Position numbers and translations under genes: made by a program
Origin: Candidatus Eiseniibacteriota bacterium
GTDB taxonomy: Bacteria; Eisenbacteria; RBG-16-71-46; CAIMUX01; VGJL01
Direction: 5' to 3'
Length of the DNA: 64,000 nucleotides
Assembly: GCA_041946735.1 (NCBI GenBank)
Contig: JBHGAY010000011.1
Coordinates: 74,132 to 138,131, forward strand
Notes under the pieces: model-generated
Database searches by the model: none
What the model saw: only the letters and a program-made list of their open reading frames with translations
What the model was told of the DNA's origin: nothing
Shown here: in pieces, positions 39,417 through 49,346 of the stretch
Layout of the letters: each line of letters begins with the position of its first letter
How positions within the stretch are numbered: position 1 is the first letter of the stretch

Positions 39417-40154
39417 GTGTCCGAGAACGATCTGCAGGGCAAGGTGGCTCTGGTGACCGGGGGCGCGCGGGGCCTGGGTGAGGCGATCTGCTCCCGCCTC
39501 GCCCGGGAAGGCGTGCACGTTGTCGTCGGCGACGTGCGGAACGATCTCACCGAGGGGGTTGTCTCGCGCATCCGCGAGTCCGGGACCGGGGGAACGGCGG
39601 TCGCCGCCTCGCTCGACCTTCGCGACGCGCGCCAGGTCGAAGAGGTAGTGCGCCGCGTTTCCGAGGAGATGGGCGGCATCGACATCCTGGTGAACAACGC
39701 GGGGGCGGACCGGACGGTGCCGATCGACGAGCTGTCGGTCGAGGAGTTCGACTCGATCCTCGCCGTTAATTTGCGGGCGCCGTTCCTGCTCGCGCGCCAG
39801 ATCCTCCCCGGGATGCGCGCGAAGGGGGGCGGCCACATCATCAACATCGTCTCGACGGCCGCCCGCCGCGCCTGGGCGAACGCTTCGGCCTACCACGCGA
39901 GCAAATGGGGCCTGCTCGGACTCTCGCATGCGATGCACGTCGAGGGCCGGCCGCATGGAGTGCGGGTCAGCGCAGTGATTTGCGGCGGCATGCGGACGCC
40001 CTTCCTGCTCGATCGGTTCCCCGAGATCGACGTCACGACCTTGCAGGACCCGCGCAACGTCGCCGACGCAATCGTGTTCCTCCTCCGCCAGCCGGAGGGG
40101 ACGGTGATCCCCGAGATGATGGTGCTGCCGATGAAGGAGACGTCATGGCCGTGA
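39417..40154 (+). CDS. SDR family oxidoreductase
   Basis: VTGGARGLG, DILVNNAG, YHASK (YxxxK); GAGGAGG SD before the GTG. Confidence 0.92.
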   Translation: MSENDLQGKVALVTGGARGLGEAICSRLAREGVHVVVGDVRNDLTEGVVSRIRESGTGGTAVAASLDLRDARQVEEVVRRVSEEMGGIDILVNNAGADRTVPIDELSVEEFDSILAVNLRAPFLLARQILPGMRAKGGGHIINIVSTAARRAWANASAYHASKWGLLGLSHAMHVEGRPHGVRVSAVICGGMRTPFLLDRFPEIDVTTLQDPRNVADAIVFLLRQPEGTVIPEMMVLPMKETSWP

Positions 40155-40807
40155 GAGCGCAGGCGCGCGCCGCCATCTTTCTCGACAAGGACGGCACGCT
40201 GCTCGAGAACGTTCCGTCCAACGTCCAGCCGGAGCGAATCCGCTGGAGCGACGGAGCGGAGGACGGGGTGCGCGCCTTCTCGACCGGCGGCTTCCGGCTC
40301 TTCATCGTCTCCAACCAGTCGGGAGTCGCGAGAGGCTTCTTCCCGGAGGAGGCGCTCGGGCCTGTCCGGCGCAGCCTCGCGGAACGCTTCGATTCGATCG
40401 GAGCGCCGCTCGACGGCTTCTACTACTGCCCGCACCATCCCGACGCGTCCGTCCCGCGATACCGCGTCGCGTGCCTCTGCCGCAAGCCGGGACCGGGGCT
40501 CCTGCTCCGCGCGGCGCTGGAGCATGGGATCGATCTCGCCGCCTCCTGGATGATCGGCGACATCCTCGACGACGTCGAAGCGGGCCGGCGGGCAGGATGC
40601 CGGACGATCCTGATCGGGAACGGCAACGAGACGGAGTGGCTTTTCTCCCCGGAGAGGATCCCGGATCGGATCGCGACGGATCTTCGCCATGCGGCTCGCC
40701 TCGTTGAGATCGAAGGGGCGCGACGGCCGAGGCCGGCGCTCGGCGGCCGGCACGACTCGAACGTGCGAGCGACCCCGGGCGTCAGCGGGCCGGGGGCGCA
40801 GGGATGA
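40145..40807 (+). CDS. gmhB: D-glycero-D-manno-heptose 1,7-bisphosphate phosphatase (HAD IIIA, GmhB-like)
   Basis: FLDKDGTL, SNQSGVARG, CPHHP...C.CRKP.PG, MIGD. An alternative GTG start lies at 40151. Confidence 0.88.
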   Translation: MAVRAQARAAIFLDKDGTLLENVPSNVQPERIRWSDGAEDGVRAFSTGGFRLFIVSNQSGVARGFFPEEALGPVRRSLAERFDSIGAPLDGFYYCPHHPDASVPRYRVACLCRKPGPGLLLRAALEHGIDLAASWMIGDILDDVEAGRRAGCRTILIGNGNETEWLFSPERIPDRIATDLRHAARLVEIEGARRPRPALGGRHDSNVRATPGVSGPGAQG

Positions 40808-42333
40808 TGCAGCCGGATCTGCGAGAGACGATCGCGTCCTTCTCTTCGCTACGCGCACTGGTCCTCGGCGAAGCGATCCTGGACGGCTACCTCGACGGCG
40901 AAGCAACCCGGATCTGCCGCGAGGCTCCGGTGCCGATTCTCGACGTCGATCCGCCCCGGCACTTCCCCGGCGGAGCCGCGAACACCGCCGCGAACCTGAG
41001 ACGGCTCGGGGCGCGGGTTCGCTTCCTTTCCGCCGCGGGAAACGATGCGGATGGCGCGATCCTCCAGGGCCTCCTCGGGCAGGCCGGTGTCGAGTGCTCC
41101 GGCATGCTCGTGCATCCCGGACGGCGGACGCTTGCGAAGAACCGCCTGTTCGCCGGGTCGCAGATGCTCGTGCGCTTCGACTCCGGGACGACCCGGCCGA
41201 TCGATCCTCAGACCGAGGAAGCCCTGCTCGGCGTTCTCGAGAGCGCCTGGGCGGAGGCGGACCTGCTCGTCGTCTCCGATTACGGCTACGGCGTCCTCAC
41301 CTCGGCCGTCGTCGAGCGCTTGCGTCTGCTGCAGGCGCGGCGCCCTCTGGTCCTCGCCGTCGATTCGAAGCGATTGACGGCATACCGCGGCGCGGGCGTC
41401 ACGGTGGTGAAGCCGAACTTCGGCGAGGCGGTGCGGCTGCTCGGCCTCGACGCTCCGGCGACTCCCGAGCGGCGGGCCGAGATGGTCGCGTCCTGGGGGG
41501 AGCGAATCCTGCGGATCACGGGAGCGGACATCGCCGCGGTGACGATCGACAGCGACGGCGCGATCCTCTTCGAGCGCGGGCGGCCCCCCTATCGCACGTA
41601 TGCGAAGCGAGCCGAGGCTTCGAGACCGATCGGCGCGGGGGACACCTTCATCAGCGCCCTGGCGCTCGCGCTCGCCGCCGGCGCGCACGTTCCGGCCGCG
41701 GGCGAGATCGCCTCGGCCGCCGCCGCGCTGGTCGTCGGCAAGGAGGCGACCGCCACATGCACGAGCGAAGAGCTGCTCACGCGCGTGACGGTCGGCGAGA
41801 AATGGGTGCCGAGCGTCCCGAGCCTCCGGGAGCGGGTCGAGGCGCATCGCCGCAAGGGGCGGAAGATCGTCTTCACCAACGGCTGCTTCGACATCCTCCA
41901 TCGGGGGCACATCCAGTACCTCAATGAGGCGAAGAACCTCGCTGAGGCGCTGATCGTCGGGGTCAACTCCGACGCGAGCGTGCGCCGGCTGAAGGGAAGC
42001 AGCCGGCCGATCAATCCACTCGAGGATCGCGTGCACGTCCTTGCCGCTTTGAGCTGCATCAACGACATCGTGACGTTCGAGGACGACACGCCGATCGCGA
42101 TCATCCGCGAGATCCGGCCGGACGTATACGTGAAGGGGGGAGACCACTCGCTGGAGACGCTCCCCGAAGCCCCGGTCGTGCGGGGGTACGGAGGCGAGGT
42201 CCGCATCCTTCCGTACACGCGGGATCGCTCGACGACCGGGATCATCGAAAGGATCCGTGCATCGGCAAAGAAAGAGGAGACCGCGCTCGATGGTCGAAGC
42301 CCTACCGCCGACGAACGTACCGCGCTGGGATGA
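40804..42333 (+). CDS. hldE: bifunctional heptose 7-phosphate kinase / heptose 1-phosphate nucleotidyltransferase
   Basis: EAPVP, GGAAN, SDYGYG, KPN, GAGDT (PfkB domain); FTNGCFDILHRGH, GVNSD, KGGD, STT.II (CTP-transferase domain). Confidence 0.92.
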   Translation: MMQPDLRETIASFSSLRALVLGEAILDGYLDGEATRICREAPVPILDVDPPRHFPGGAANTAANLRRLGARVRFLSAAGNDADGAILQGLLGQAGVECSGMLVHPGRRTLAKNRLFAGSQMLVRFDSGTTRPIDPQTEEALLGVLESAWAEADLLVVSDYGYGVLTSAVVERLRLLQARRPLVLAVDSKRLTAYRGAGVTVVKPNFGEAVRLLGLDAPATPERRAEMVASWGERILRITGADIAAVTIDSDGAILFERGRPPYRTYAKRAEASRPIGAGDTFISALALALAAGAHVPAAGEIASAAAALVVGKEATATCTSEELLTRVTVGEKWVPSVPSLRERVEAHRRKGRKIVFTNGCFDILHRGHIQYLNEAKNLAEALIVGVNSDASVRRLKGSSRPINPLEDRVHVLAALSCINDIVTFEDDTPIAIIREIRPDVYVKGGDHSLETLPEAPVVRGYGGEVRILPYTRDRSTTGIIERIRASAKKEETALDGRSPTADERTALG

Positions 42334-43465
42334 TGGGGGTCGCGTGCTCTGCGTGCGCCTCGACGCGCTCGGCGACGTCCTGATGACGAGTCCGGCGCTG
42401 CACGCGCTGAAGGAGAGCCGGCCCGGCTGTTCCCTCACGCTACTCACCTCGTCGCTCGGCGCCGCGGCGGCGCCGCTGCTCGAACCCGTCGACGAGACGA
42501 TCGTCTACGACCCGCCCTGGATGAAGGCGACTCCGCAGAGGGAGGGCCCCGATCCGGACGTCGCGGTCCTCGATCGCCTCCGTCAGGGACGGTTCGACGG
42601 CGCGGTGATCTTCACCGTCTACAGCCAGAATCCGCTCGCGTCGGCCCTGCTCTGCCATCTCGCCGGCATCCCGAGGCGGCTCGCCCATTGCCGCGAGAAC
42701 CCCTATCAGCTTCTGACCGACTGGATCGCCGAGCCGGAGCCGCAACGTCTGATCCGTCACGAGGCGCGGCGCCAGCTCGATCTCGTCGGCTGGATCGGAT
42801 GCGGGACTTCCGACGAGCGGCTCCGGATTCGCGTTCCGGAGCCGGCCGTGGCGCGCGCGAAGGAGGCGTTGCGCGAGTGGGGGGCCGTAGAGCCCGGCCG
42901 CGACGAGTGGATCCTGATCCATCCGGGCGCCTCCGCCCCCTCGCGCCGTTGGCCGCCGGAGCGCTTCGCCGAAGCGGCGGACCGGATCCACGCGGAGACC
43001 TCGCTGCCGATCCTCTTTTCCGGGACGAGCGGGGAGGCGGCGCTCGTCGAGCAGATCGCGGCCCGCATGAAGGCTCCGTCGCGCTCGATGGCAGGGAAGC
43101 TCTCCCTCGCGGAGTTCGCCGCAGTGGTTCGCGCCTCGCGCCTGCTGATCTCGAACAACACATCCCCGGTACACATCGCCTCAGCCGTCGGCACGCCGGT
43201 GATCGACCTCTATGCCCTCACGAATCCACAGCACACTCCGTGGATGGTCCCGAACAGGGTGCTCTACCACGATGTCGCCTGCCGCTGGTGCTACAAGAGC
43301 CTCTGTCCGCAAGGACACCACGACTGCCTGCGGAAGGTGGAGCCGGAGTCGGTCGTTCGCGCCGCGCACGAGCTTCTCGCCGAGACGAGAGCGGCCGGCT
43401 ATGGCATCTCCCCGGTCCAAGACGCCGGCCCCCACGATCCCCGCGCCGAGGAGGTGACTCGATGA
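42290..43465 (+). CDS. glycosyltransferase family 9 (WaaF-like heptosyltransferase)
   Basis: RLDALGDVLMT.P, HPGASAPSRRWP, NNTSPVHIA.AVGTP, C..CYKS.CP..HH.CL. Confidence 0.9.
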   Translation: MVEALPPTNVPRWDDGGRVLCVRLDALGDVLMTSPALHALKESRPGCSLTLLTSSLGAAAAPLLEPVDETIVYDPPWMKATPQREGPDPDVAVLDRLRQGRFDGAVIFTVYSQNPLASALLCHLAGIPRRLAHCRENPYQLLTDWIAEPEPQRLIRHEARRQLDLVGWIGCGTSDERLRIRVPEPAVARAKEALREWGAVEPGRDEWILIHPGASAPSRRWPPERFAEAADRIHAETSLPILFSGTSGEAALVEQIAARMKAPSRSMAGKLSLAEFAAVVRASRLLISNNTSPVHIASAVGTPVIDLYALTNPQHTPWMVPNRVLYHDVACRWCYKSLCPQGHHDCLRKVEPESVVRAAHELLAETRAAGYGISPVQDAGPHDPRAEEVTR

Positions 43466-44295
43466 ACGGAGCCCGCGCGCTCGACATCCTGATCAGGACC
43501 TGCGATCGCCCCGCCGCTCTCGCGGTGACGCTCACGAGCCTCCTGTCGCAGACCTTCCGCGACTTCCGAGTCGTCGTCTCCGATCAGACGGAAGGCTTCG
43601 ATCCGGTCGAGGCGCCCGAGGTGCAAGCGGTCCTGCGCGTGCTTGCGGCGCACGGGCATCCGATCGAGACGCACAAGCATCTTCCCCGCCTGGGGATGGC
43701 GGAGCATCGCCAGTTCCTGCTCGAGCAAGCGACGGCGCCCTACATCCTCTTCCTCGACGACGACCTCATCCTCGAGTCGGACCTCCTGGAGCGCATGGTC
43801 CGCGCAATCCGGGAGGAGGCCTGTGGCTTCGTCGGGTGCGGCCTGATCGGGCTCTCCTACGCGGGCGACGTGCGTCCCGACGAGCAGGCGATCGAGTTCT
43901 GGGAAGGGCCGGTGGTGCCGGAGGAGGTGCGGCCGGGGACGCCGGAATGGGAGCGACACCGCTTGCACAATGCCGCGAACCTCTGGCACGTGCAAAACCG
44001 CCTGGGACTCCATCCGAGCGAGCAGAGAAAGTACAAGATCGCGTGGGTCGGCGGGTGCGTGCTCTACGATACGGCCCACCTGCTCGGAGCGGGAGGCTTC
44101 GGCTTCTGGCGCGAGCTGCCTGAGTCGCACTGCGGCGAGGACGTCCTTGCCGAGCTGCGCGTCATGGCCCGTCACGGCGCCTGTGGGATCCTCCCGTCCG
44201 GCGCCTACCACCTGGAGCTTCCGACGACGCTTCCTGACCGCAGGGTCAACGCGCCGCGGGTGCTCGCCGTGCATCAGCCGGCGGACGAGATCTGA
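43462..44295 (+). CDS. glycosyltransferase family 2 (GT-A)
   Basis: DILIRTCDRP, VVVSDQ, LFLDDD; ATGA overlap with the upstream gene; GGAGGTG SD. Confidence 0.85.
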   Translation: MNGARALDILIRTCDRPAALAVTLTSLLSQTFRDFRVVVSDQTEGFDPVEAPEVQAVLRVLAAHGHPIETHKHLPRLGMAEHRQFLLEQATAPYILFLDDDLILESDLLERMVRAIREEACGFVGCGLIGLSYAGDVRPDEQAIEFWEGPVVPEEVRPGTPEWERHRLHNAANLWHVQNRLGLHPSEQRKYKIAWVGGCVLYDTAHLLGAGGFGFWRELPESHCGEDVLAELRVMARHGACGILPSGAYHLELPTTLPDRRVNAPRVLAVHQPADEI

Positions 44296-44321
44296 AAGCG
44301 CGACGGGGACGGAGGAAAGCA

Positions 44322-46082
44322 ATGTTCACTCTCGGAATCAACGCGGTCTTTCACGATCCCGCCGCCTGCCTGGTCGAGGACGGACGCGTGCTCGCGGCGG
44401 CCGAAGAGGAACGGTTCACCAGGATCAAGCACGGGAAGCGGCCCGTTCCCTTCTCGACCTGGGAGCTCCCTTTCCACGCGATCGACTACTGCCTCCGCGA
44501 GGCGGGCATCACGCTGAAGGACGTGGGCCGCGTCGCGTACTCCTTCGATCCAAGTCTGCTGCTCGGCGAGTGGAGCGGCCAGCCGTCGATCACGCTTCCG
44601 TTGGAGCCGAGCGCGCAACCGGTGCCGCAGGAGTGGCTGTCCGGATGGGATCCCCTCTTCCTCTCGCATGTCGTCAACGCGCCTCGCCATCTGACCGGTG
44701 GCTGGCCGCACCACATGCAGGACCGATTTCGCGGCGCGGAGCGCGAGCGGCTCGATTGGCGGTTCGTCGAGCATCACCTCGCCCACGCGGCGAGCGCGTT
44801 CCACGTCTCTCCCTTTCCCCGAGCGGCGGTCCTCACGATGGACGGCCGCGGGGAGAAGGCGACGACCGCGTACCACGTGGGGGATGGAGTGGAGATCGAG
44901 AGGATCGGCCAGGTGGAGATGCCGCATTCGCTCGGATTGCTCTACGAGGAGGTGACGCAGCACCTCGGCTTCCTCCGGTCCTCCGACGAGTACAAGGTGA
45001 TGGCGATGGCCGCGTTCGGCAAACCGACCTTCCTCGCGGAGATGCGCGCCATCGTCCGGCCGCTCGGGGAAGGACGCTATGCGATCGAGCCGCTCCGTCT
45101 GGAGGAGCGCTTCGGTCCCCCGCGACGGCGAGGCGCCAGGATGGAGCCGAGACATTACGATCTCGCCTGCTCCCTCCAACAGGTTCTCGAGGAGACGGTC
45201 CTGGAGATCGTTCAATGGCTGCACCGAGCGACAGGCGAGCAGAACCTGGTCATGGCGGGAGGAGTCGCCCTGAATTGCGTGCTCAACTCGCGGATTCGCG
45301 ATCGCGGGCCGTTCCGGAACGTATGGGTGCAGCCGGCCGCCGGAGACGCGGGCACCTCCCTCGGAGCGGCGATCTGGACCGATCTGCAAGCGCGGCCGGG
45401 CGCGAGCCGCTCCTGGACGATGGAGCACGCCTACCTCGGCCCATCGTTCTCCGAGGAGGAGATCGAAGCGTTCCTCCGCTGGTCGAAGATTCCGTATCGG
45501 CGGCCGGACGACCTGGTCGCCGAGGCGGCCGACCGCCTCGCGGCCAACGAGATTCTAGGATGGTTCGAGGGACGGATGGAGTTCGGGCCGCGCGCCCTCG
45601 GCGCGCGCTCGATCCTCGCCTCGCCGATCGACCCCGGCATGCAGGCGCGCCTGAACGAGCTGAAGGACCGCGAGGACTTCCGGCCGGTCGCTCCGGTCGT
45701 GATCGAAGAGGCGGCCGGCCGATGGTTCCGGGATGCGGGAACCTCCCCGTTCATGCTGTTCGTGCACGACGTGCTCCCGGAGATGGCGGAGAAGATCCCA
45801 GCCGTGCGCCACCTCGACGGGACGGCCCGCATCCAGACGATCCGCCGCGACCAGAATCCGATCTACTGGGACCTGATCCGCGCCTTCGAGGCGCGGACCG
45901 GCGTGCCGATCCTCGTGAACACCTCCTTCAACACCCGCGGAGAGCCGATCGTGGCGACCCCGCGAGACGCGATCGAGGCGTTCTGGTCCTCGCCCCTGGA
46001 CGCTCTCGTGATCGGCTCCCTCCTGGTTCCTAAGCGGCCGGATTCGTCCGAGGGACCGCAGGCCGCGGAGGCAGGCTCGTGA
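44322..46082 (+). CDS. O-carbamoyltransferase (CmcH/NodU/TobZ family)
   Basis: HD.AA, EEERF.R.KH, EHHLAHAASAF, DGRGE, EYKVM, GGVALN, QPAAGDAG, GRMEFGPRALG.RS, RE.FRP.AP, NTSFN. Confidence 0.95.
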   Translation: MFTLGINAVFHDPAACLVEDGRVLAAAEEERFTRIKHGKRPVPFSTWELPFHAIDYCLREAGITLKDVGRVAYSFDPSLLLGEWSGQPSITLPLEPSAQPVPQEWLSGWDPLFLSHVVNAPRHLTGGWPHHMQDRFRGAERERLDWRFVEHHLAHAASAFHVSPFPRAAVLTMDGRGEKATTAYHVGDGVEIERIGQVEMPHSLGLLYEEVTQHLGFLRSSDEYKVMAMAAFGKPTFLAEMRAIVRPLGEGRYAIEPLRLEERFGPPRRRGARMEPRHYDLACSLQQVLEETVLEIVQWLHRATGEQNLVMAGGVALNCVLNSRIRDRGPFRNVWVQPAAGDAGTSLGAAIWTDLQARPGASRSWTMEHAYLGPSFSEEEIEAFLRWSKIPYRRPDDLVAEAADRLAANEILGWFEGRMEFGPRALGARSILASPIDPGMQARLNELKDREDFRPVAPVVIEEAAGRWFRDAGTSPFMLFVHDVLPEMAEKIPAVRHLDGTARIQTIRRDQNPIYWDLIRAFEARTGVPILVNTSFNTRGEPIVATPRDAIEAFWSSPLDALVIGSLLVPKRPDSSEGPQAAEAGS

Positions 46083-47116
46083 GCGCCGGAAGGGCGCGGG
46101 CGAGGGCCGCGGTGCAGGCGAGCGCCGCGACGTCGGATCGACGCGGGCCGGCCCCCCTCGTCTCGGTGGTCGTGCCGACCTACCGCAGACCGGCGCTGCT
46201 CGCCCGCTGCCTCGATGCGCTGGCGGAGCAGGATCTCGGCCGGTCGGCCTTCGAGGTGATCGTCGTCGACGACGGCCGGTGCGATGCGTCGCTGCAGGTG
46301 GTCGCGGACCGGTCGCGACGCAGCCGGCTCGCGCTCCGCTACCTGCGGCTCGTGAGCCATCGAGGCCCGGCCGCCGCACGCAACGCGGGATGGCGCGCGG
46401 CCGCGGCTGCGATCGTCGCCTTCACCGACGACGACTGCGTCCCCTCGCCAGGGTGGCTGCGAGCGGGAATCGAATCGCTCGGGGAAGGGATCGCAGGCGC
46501 CTGGGGCAAGATCGTCATTCCGATCTCCCTCCGACCGACCGATTACGAACGGGACGCGTCTTGGCTGCAGCAGGCGGAGTTCGCAACGGCCAACTGCTTC
46601 CTGCGCCGCTCGGTCCTCGAGGAGGTCGGGGGATTCGACGAGCGATTCCAGCTCGCCTGGCGCGAGGACAGCGACCTCTACTTCACCTTGATCGAGCGGG
46701 GCCATGAAATTCGCAGGATCGAGCCGGCCGTTGTCATCCACCCGGTGCGTCCCGCCCGCTTCGGCGTGAGCGTGCTGCAGCAGAGCAAGAGCATGTTCAA
46801 CGCTCTTCTGTACAAAAAGCACCCGGCCCTGTATCGCGCGCGGATCCAGAAGTCGCCCCCCTGGCGGTACTACGCCATCCTGGCCTCGCTCGTGGTGCTC
46901 ACCGCCGGCGTCGCGCGGTCCGACACGGCGTTGTCGGCCGCGGGCGCCGCGGCGTGGGCCTTGCTCACCGCGGAGTTCGCGGTCCGGCGGCTGCGGCGGA
47001 CCTCCCGCGCGCCGCGGCACGTGGTGGAGATGATCGTGACCTCCGCCGTCATTCCGTTTCTGTCGGTGTACTGGAGGCTGCGGGGAGCCATTCGATTCCG
47101 GGTGTTCTTCCTATGA
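46079..47116 (+). CDS. glycosyltransferase family 2 with C-terminal membrane segments
   Basis: SVVVPTY.R, VVDDG, GPAAARN, FTDDDC, GGFDERF..REDSDL. Confidence 0.9.
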   Translation: MSAGRARARAAVQASAATSDRRGPAPLVSVVVPTYRRPALLARCLDALAEQDLGRSAFEVIVVDDGRCDASLQVVADRSRRSRLALRYLRLVSHRGPAAARNAGWRAAAAAIVAFTDDDCVPSPGWLRAGIESLGEGIAGAWGKIVIPISLRPTDYERDASWLQQAEFATANCFLRRSVLEEVGGFDERFQLAWREDSDLYFTLIERGHEIRRIEPAVVIHPVRPARFGVSVLQQSKSMFNALLYKKHPALYRARIQKSPPWRYYAILASLVVLTAGVARSDTALSAAGAAAWALLTAEFAVRRLRRTSRAPRHVVEMIVTSAVIPFLSVYWRLRGAIRFRVFFL

Positions 47117-47323
47117 GTCGAATCGCCGCGAGCGCGCTCGATCGGACGAGGGCGGTGACGGAGGAGGCCCGGAATGTTCGGCTCGATCGACTGGCGGGAG
47201 CTGTCGTCTTGCTCCGCGAAGGGCGGGAAGCGGGGTGCCGCCCGAAGGACGACCGGACGGTGATCTGAGCGGCGGCCGGGCGACCGGCCACGCGGAGGCC
47301 ATCGACGGCGAGGGGCAGGAGGG

Positions 47324-48325
47324 ATGATGGATCTCCCGAGCTACGTCCAGATCGAGCCGGTCGGGCAGTGCAACCTCCGTTGCACGATGTGCCCGATCCA
47401 GTTCCGGACCGACGGGCCGCCTCACGGGCCGGCAGCGCTTCTGCCGTTCGAGTCCTTCACCCGGATCATCGACGGCTTCCCCGCGCTCTCCCACCTCCAC
47501 CTTCAGGGGCTCGGCGAGCCGTTGATCCATCCCCGGTTCTTCGACATGGTCGCGTATGCGTCCGGAAAGAAGATCGAGGTGACGACGAACACGAACATGA
47601 CGCTGCTCTCGGACCGGATGGCAGCGCTCTGCGTCTCGAGCGGTCTCTCGGGCCTGCACGTCTCGATCGACGGCGCCACCTCCACGACATACGAGAGAAT
47701 CCGGACCGGGGCGCATTTCGCGCAGGTCGTCCGCAACGTGGAGCGCTTCCTCGCCGCGCGGCGCTCGAGCGGCGGCGCCACGCCCTACTTGCGGGTGATC
47801 ATGGTCGCGATGCGCGGGAACCTCGACGAGCTGCCCGGCGTCGTACGCCTGGCCGCCTCCTGGGAGGCGGAGTCGTTGTTCGTCCAGCATCTCTGCCACG
47901 ACTATGGCGAGGGGAGCCTGCCGCCGCAGTACCAGCGGATGCGAGACTTCGTCGAGGCGGAGACCCTCCTCGGCGAAGATCCGGGTCGCGTCGCGGAGCA
48001 GTTCGGCGAGGCGAAGGAGGCGGCGGACCGGCTCGGGCTCGATCTGCGTCTCCCTCGGATCCAGCCTCGCGAGCATCCAGCCGGTACGCCGGGACCGGAG
48101 CGGTGCGATTGGCCGTGGCGCGGCGCCTATGTGAGCTGGAGCGGCCTGGCGATGCCCTGTTGCATGGTCTCGACGCCCGACCGCATCCATTTCGGATCGG
48201 TGATCGAGTCCAGCGCGCGCGACGTGTGGAACGGGGAGCGCTACGAGGCGTTCCGCAGGGCTCTGGCATCGGACGTCCCGCCGGAGGTCTGCCGGTCCTG
48301 CTCCTTGTACAAAGGCGTGTTCTGA
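47324..48325 (+). CDS. radical SAM protein with SPASM/twitch domain
   Basis: CNLRCTMC (CxxxCxxC), GLGEPL, SIDG; C-terminal CDWPW...G...PCC...CRSC. Confidence 0.92.
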   Translation: MMDLPSYVQIEPVGQCNLRCTMCPIQFRTDGPPHGPAALLPFESFTRIIDGFPALSHLHLQGLGEPLIHPRFFDMVAYASGKKIEVTTNTNMTLLSDRMAALCVSSGLSGLHVSIDGATSTTYERIRTGAHFAQVVRNVERFLAARRSSGGATPYLRVIMVAMRGNLDELPGVVRLAASWEAESLFVQHLCHDYGEGSLPPQYQRMRDFVEAETLLGEDPGRVAEQFGEAKEAADRLGLDLRLPRIQPREHPAGTPGPERCDWPWRGAYVSWSGLAMPCCMVSTPDRIHFGSVIESSARDVWNGERYEAFRRALASDVPPEVCRSCSLYKGVF

Positions 48326-48428
48326 TCGGCAAGGCGCGTGAACCGCGCGTGGATCCGCAGGCGAGAAGGCACTTCCGGAACGCGAAAATGGAAGACGGCG
48401 GGCTTCGCAGGCATGGCGAGGGGGGACG

Positions 48429-49346
48429 ATGGAACGTCCTGTTCAACCGCGGATGGAGAAGAGCGATGGCCAGGCCGCCCTCGACGTGCTCCTGCCGACG
48501 TGCGACCGCGGCGAGTCGCTCACGCTGGCCCTTTCGGGCCTGGCGGCCCAGGACATCCCGCGCATGCGTGTCGTCCTCGCCGATCAGAGCGAATCCCCGG
48601 CGGCCGACCGGTCGGTGATCGCGACCCTCCTCAGGATCCTGGAAGCGCGGGGTCACGCCGTCGAGTATCACCATCGGCCGAAGATCTGGGGGATCGCGGA
48701 GCAAAGGCAATTTCTGCTCGAGCGGGCGAGGGCGGACGCGGTCCTCTTCCTCGACGATGATGTCTACCTCGAGCCGCACGTCGCCCGCCGCATGCTCTCC
48801 GTCCTGCGTGGCGAGCGGTGCGGCTTCGTCGGGGCGTTCCCGGCCGGCCTCTCGTTCGCCTGCGACCGCCGGCCGGAGCAGGAGAAGATCGAGATCTGGA
48901 ACGGGCCGATCGTCCCCGAAGCGTTCCGGCCGGGCGATTCCGAATGGGAACGGTGGCATCTTCATCGGGCGGCGAACCTGCATCACGTGGCGCAGGCGTT
49001 CGCGCCGGGCGAGTGGCGTTTGTACAAGGTCGCGTGGGTCGCGTCGTGCGTGCTGTACGATCGCGAGAAGCTCGAGGCGGTCGGCAGCTTCGGGTTCTGG
49101 AGCCGGCTCCACCGCTTTCATTCCGGGGAAGAGGTGCTCGTCCAAAATCTGCTCCTCCGCAATTGGGGCGGATGCTGCATCGTCCCCTCCGGCGCATACC
49201 ATACGGAAGTCTCCTCGACGGTGCTGAACCCGGCCGGATCGGTCGATGGCCACGCCCTCGAGCTTCTCGACGAGATGATCGAGCGCTTCGGGCGGGTGCG
49301 GGCGCAGGCCGAAGTCGACCGGCGCTCGGGGGGAGGCGCCCGATGA
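48429..49346 (+). CDS. glycosyltransferase family 2 (paralog of 43462-44295)
   Basis: DVLLPTCDR, VLADQ, LFLDDD, CGFVG, AANL, YKVAWV, PSGAYH. Confidence 0.85.
   Translation: MERPVQPRMEKSDGQAALDVLLPTCDRGESLTLALSGLAAQDIPRMRVVLADQSESPAADRSVIATLLRILEARGHAVEYHHRPKIWGIAEQRQFLLERARADAVLFLDDDVYLEPHVARRMLSVLRGERCGFVGAFPAGLSFACDRRPEQEKIEIWNGPIVPEAFRPGDSEWERWHLHRAANLHHVAQAFAPGEWRLYKVAWVASCVLYDREKLEAVGSFGFWSRLHRFHSGEEVLVQNLLLRNWGGCCIVPSGAYHTEVSSTVLNPAGSVDGHALELLDEMIERFGRVRAQAEVDRRSGGGAR

Noticed and set aside
35095..43465. Calling the GT9 genes waaC/waaF and the locus an LPS core operon
   Set aside because: There are no Kdo, lipid A, hldD or waaL genes, and the gene content (carbamoyltransferase, MshA-like GT4, SDR) does not fit. 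Symbols were withheld.
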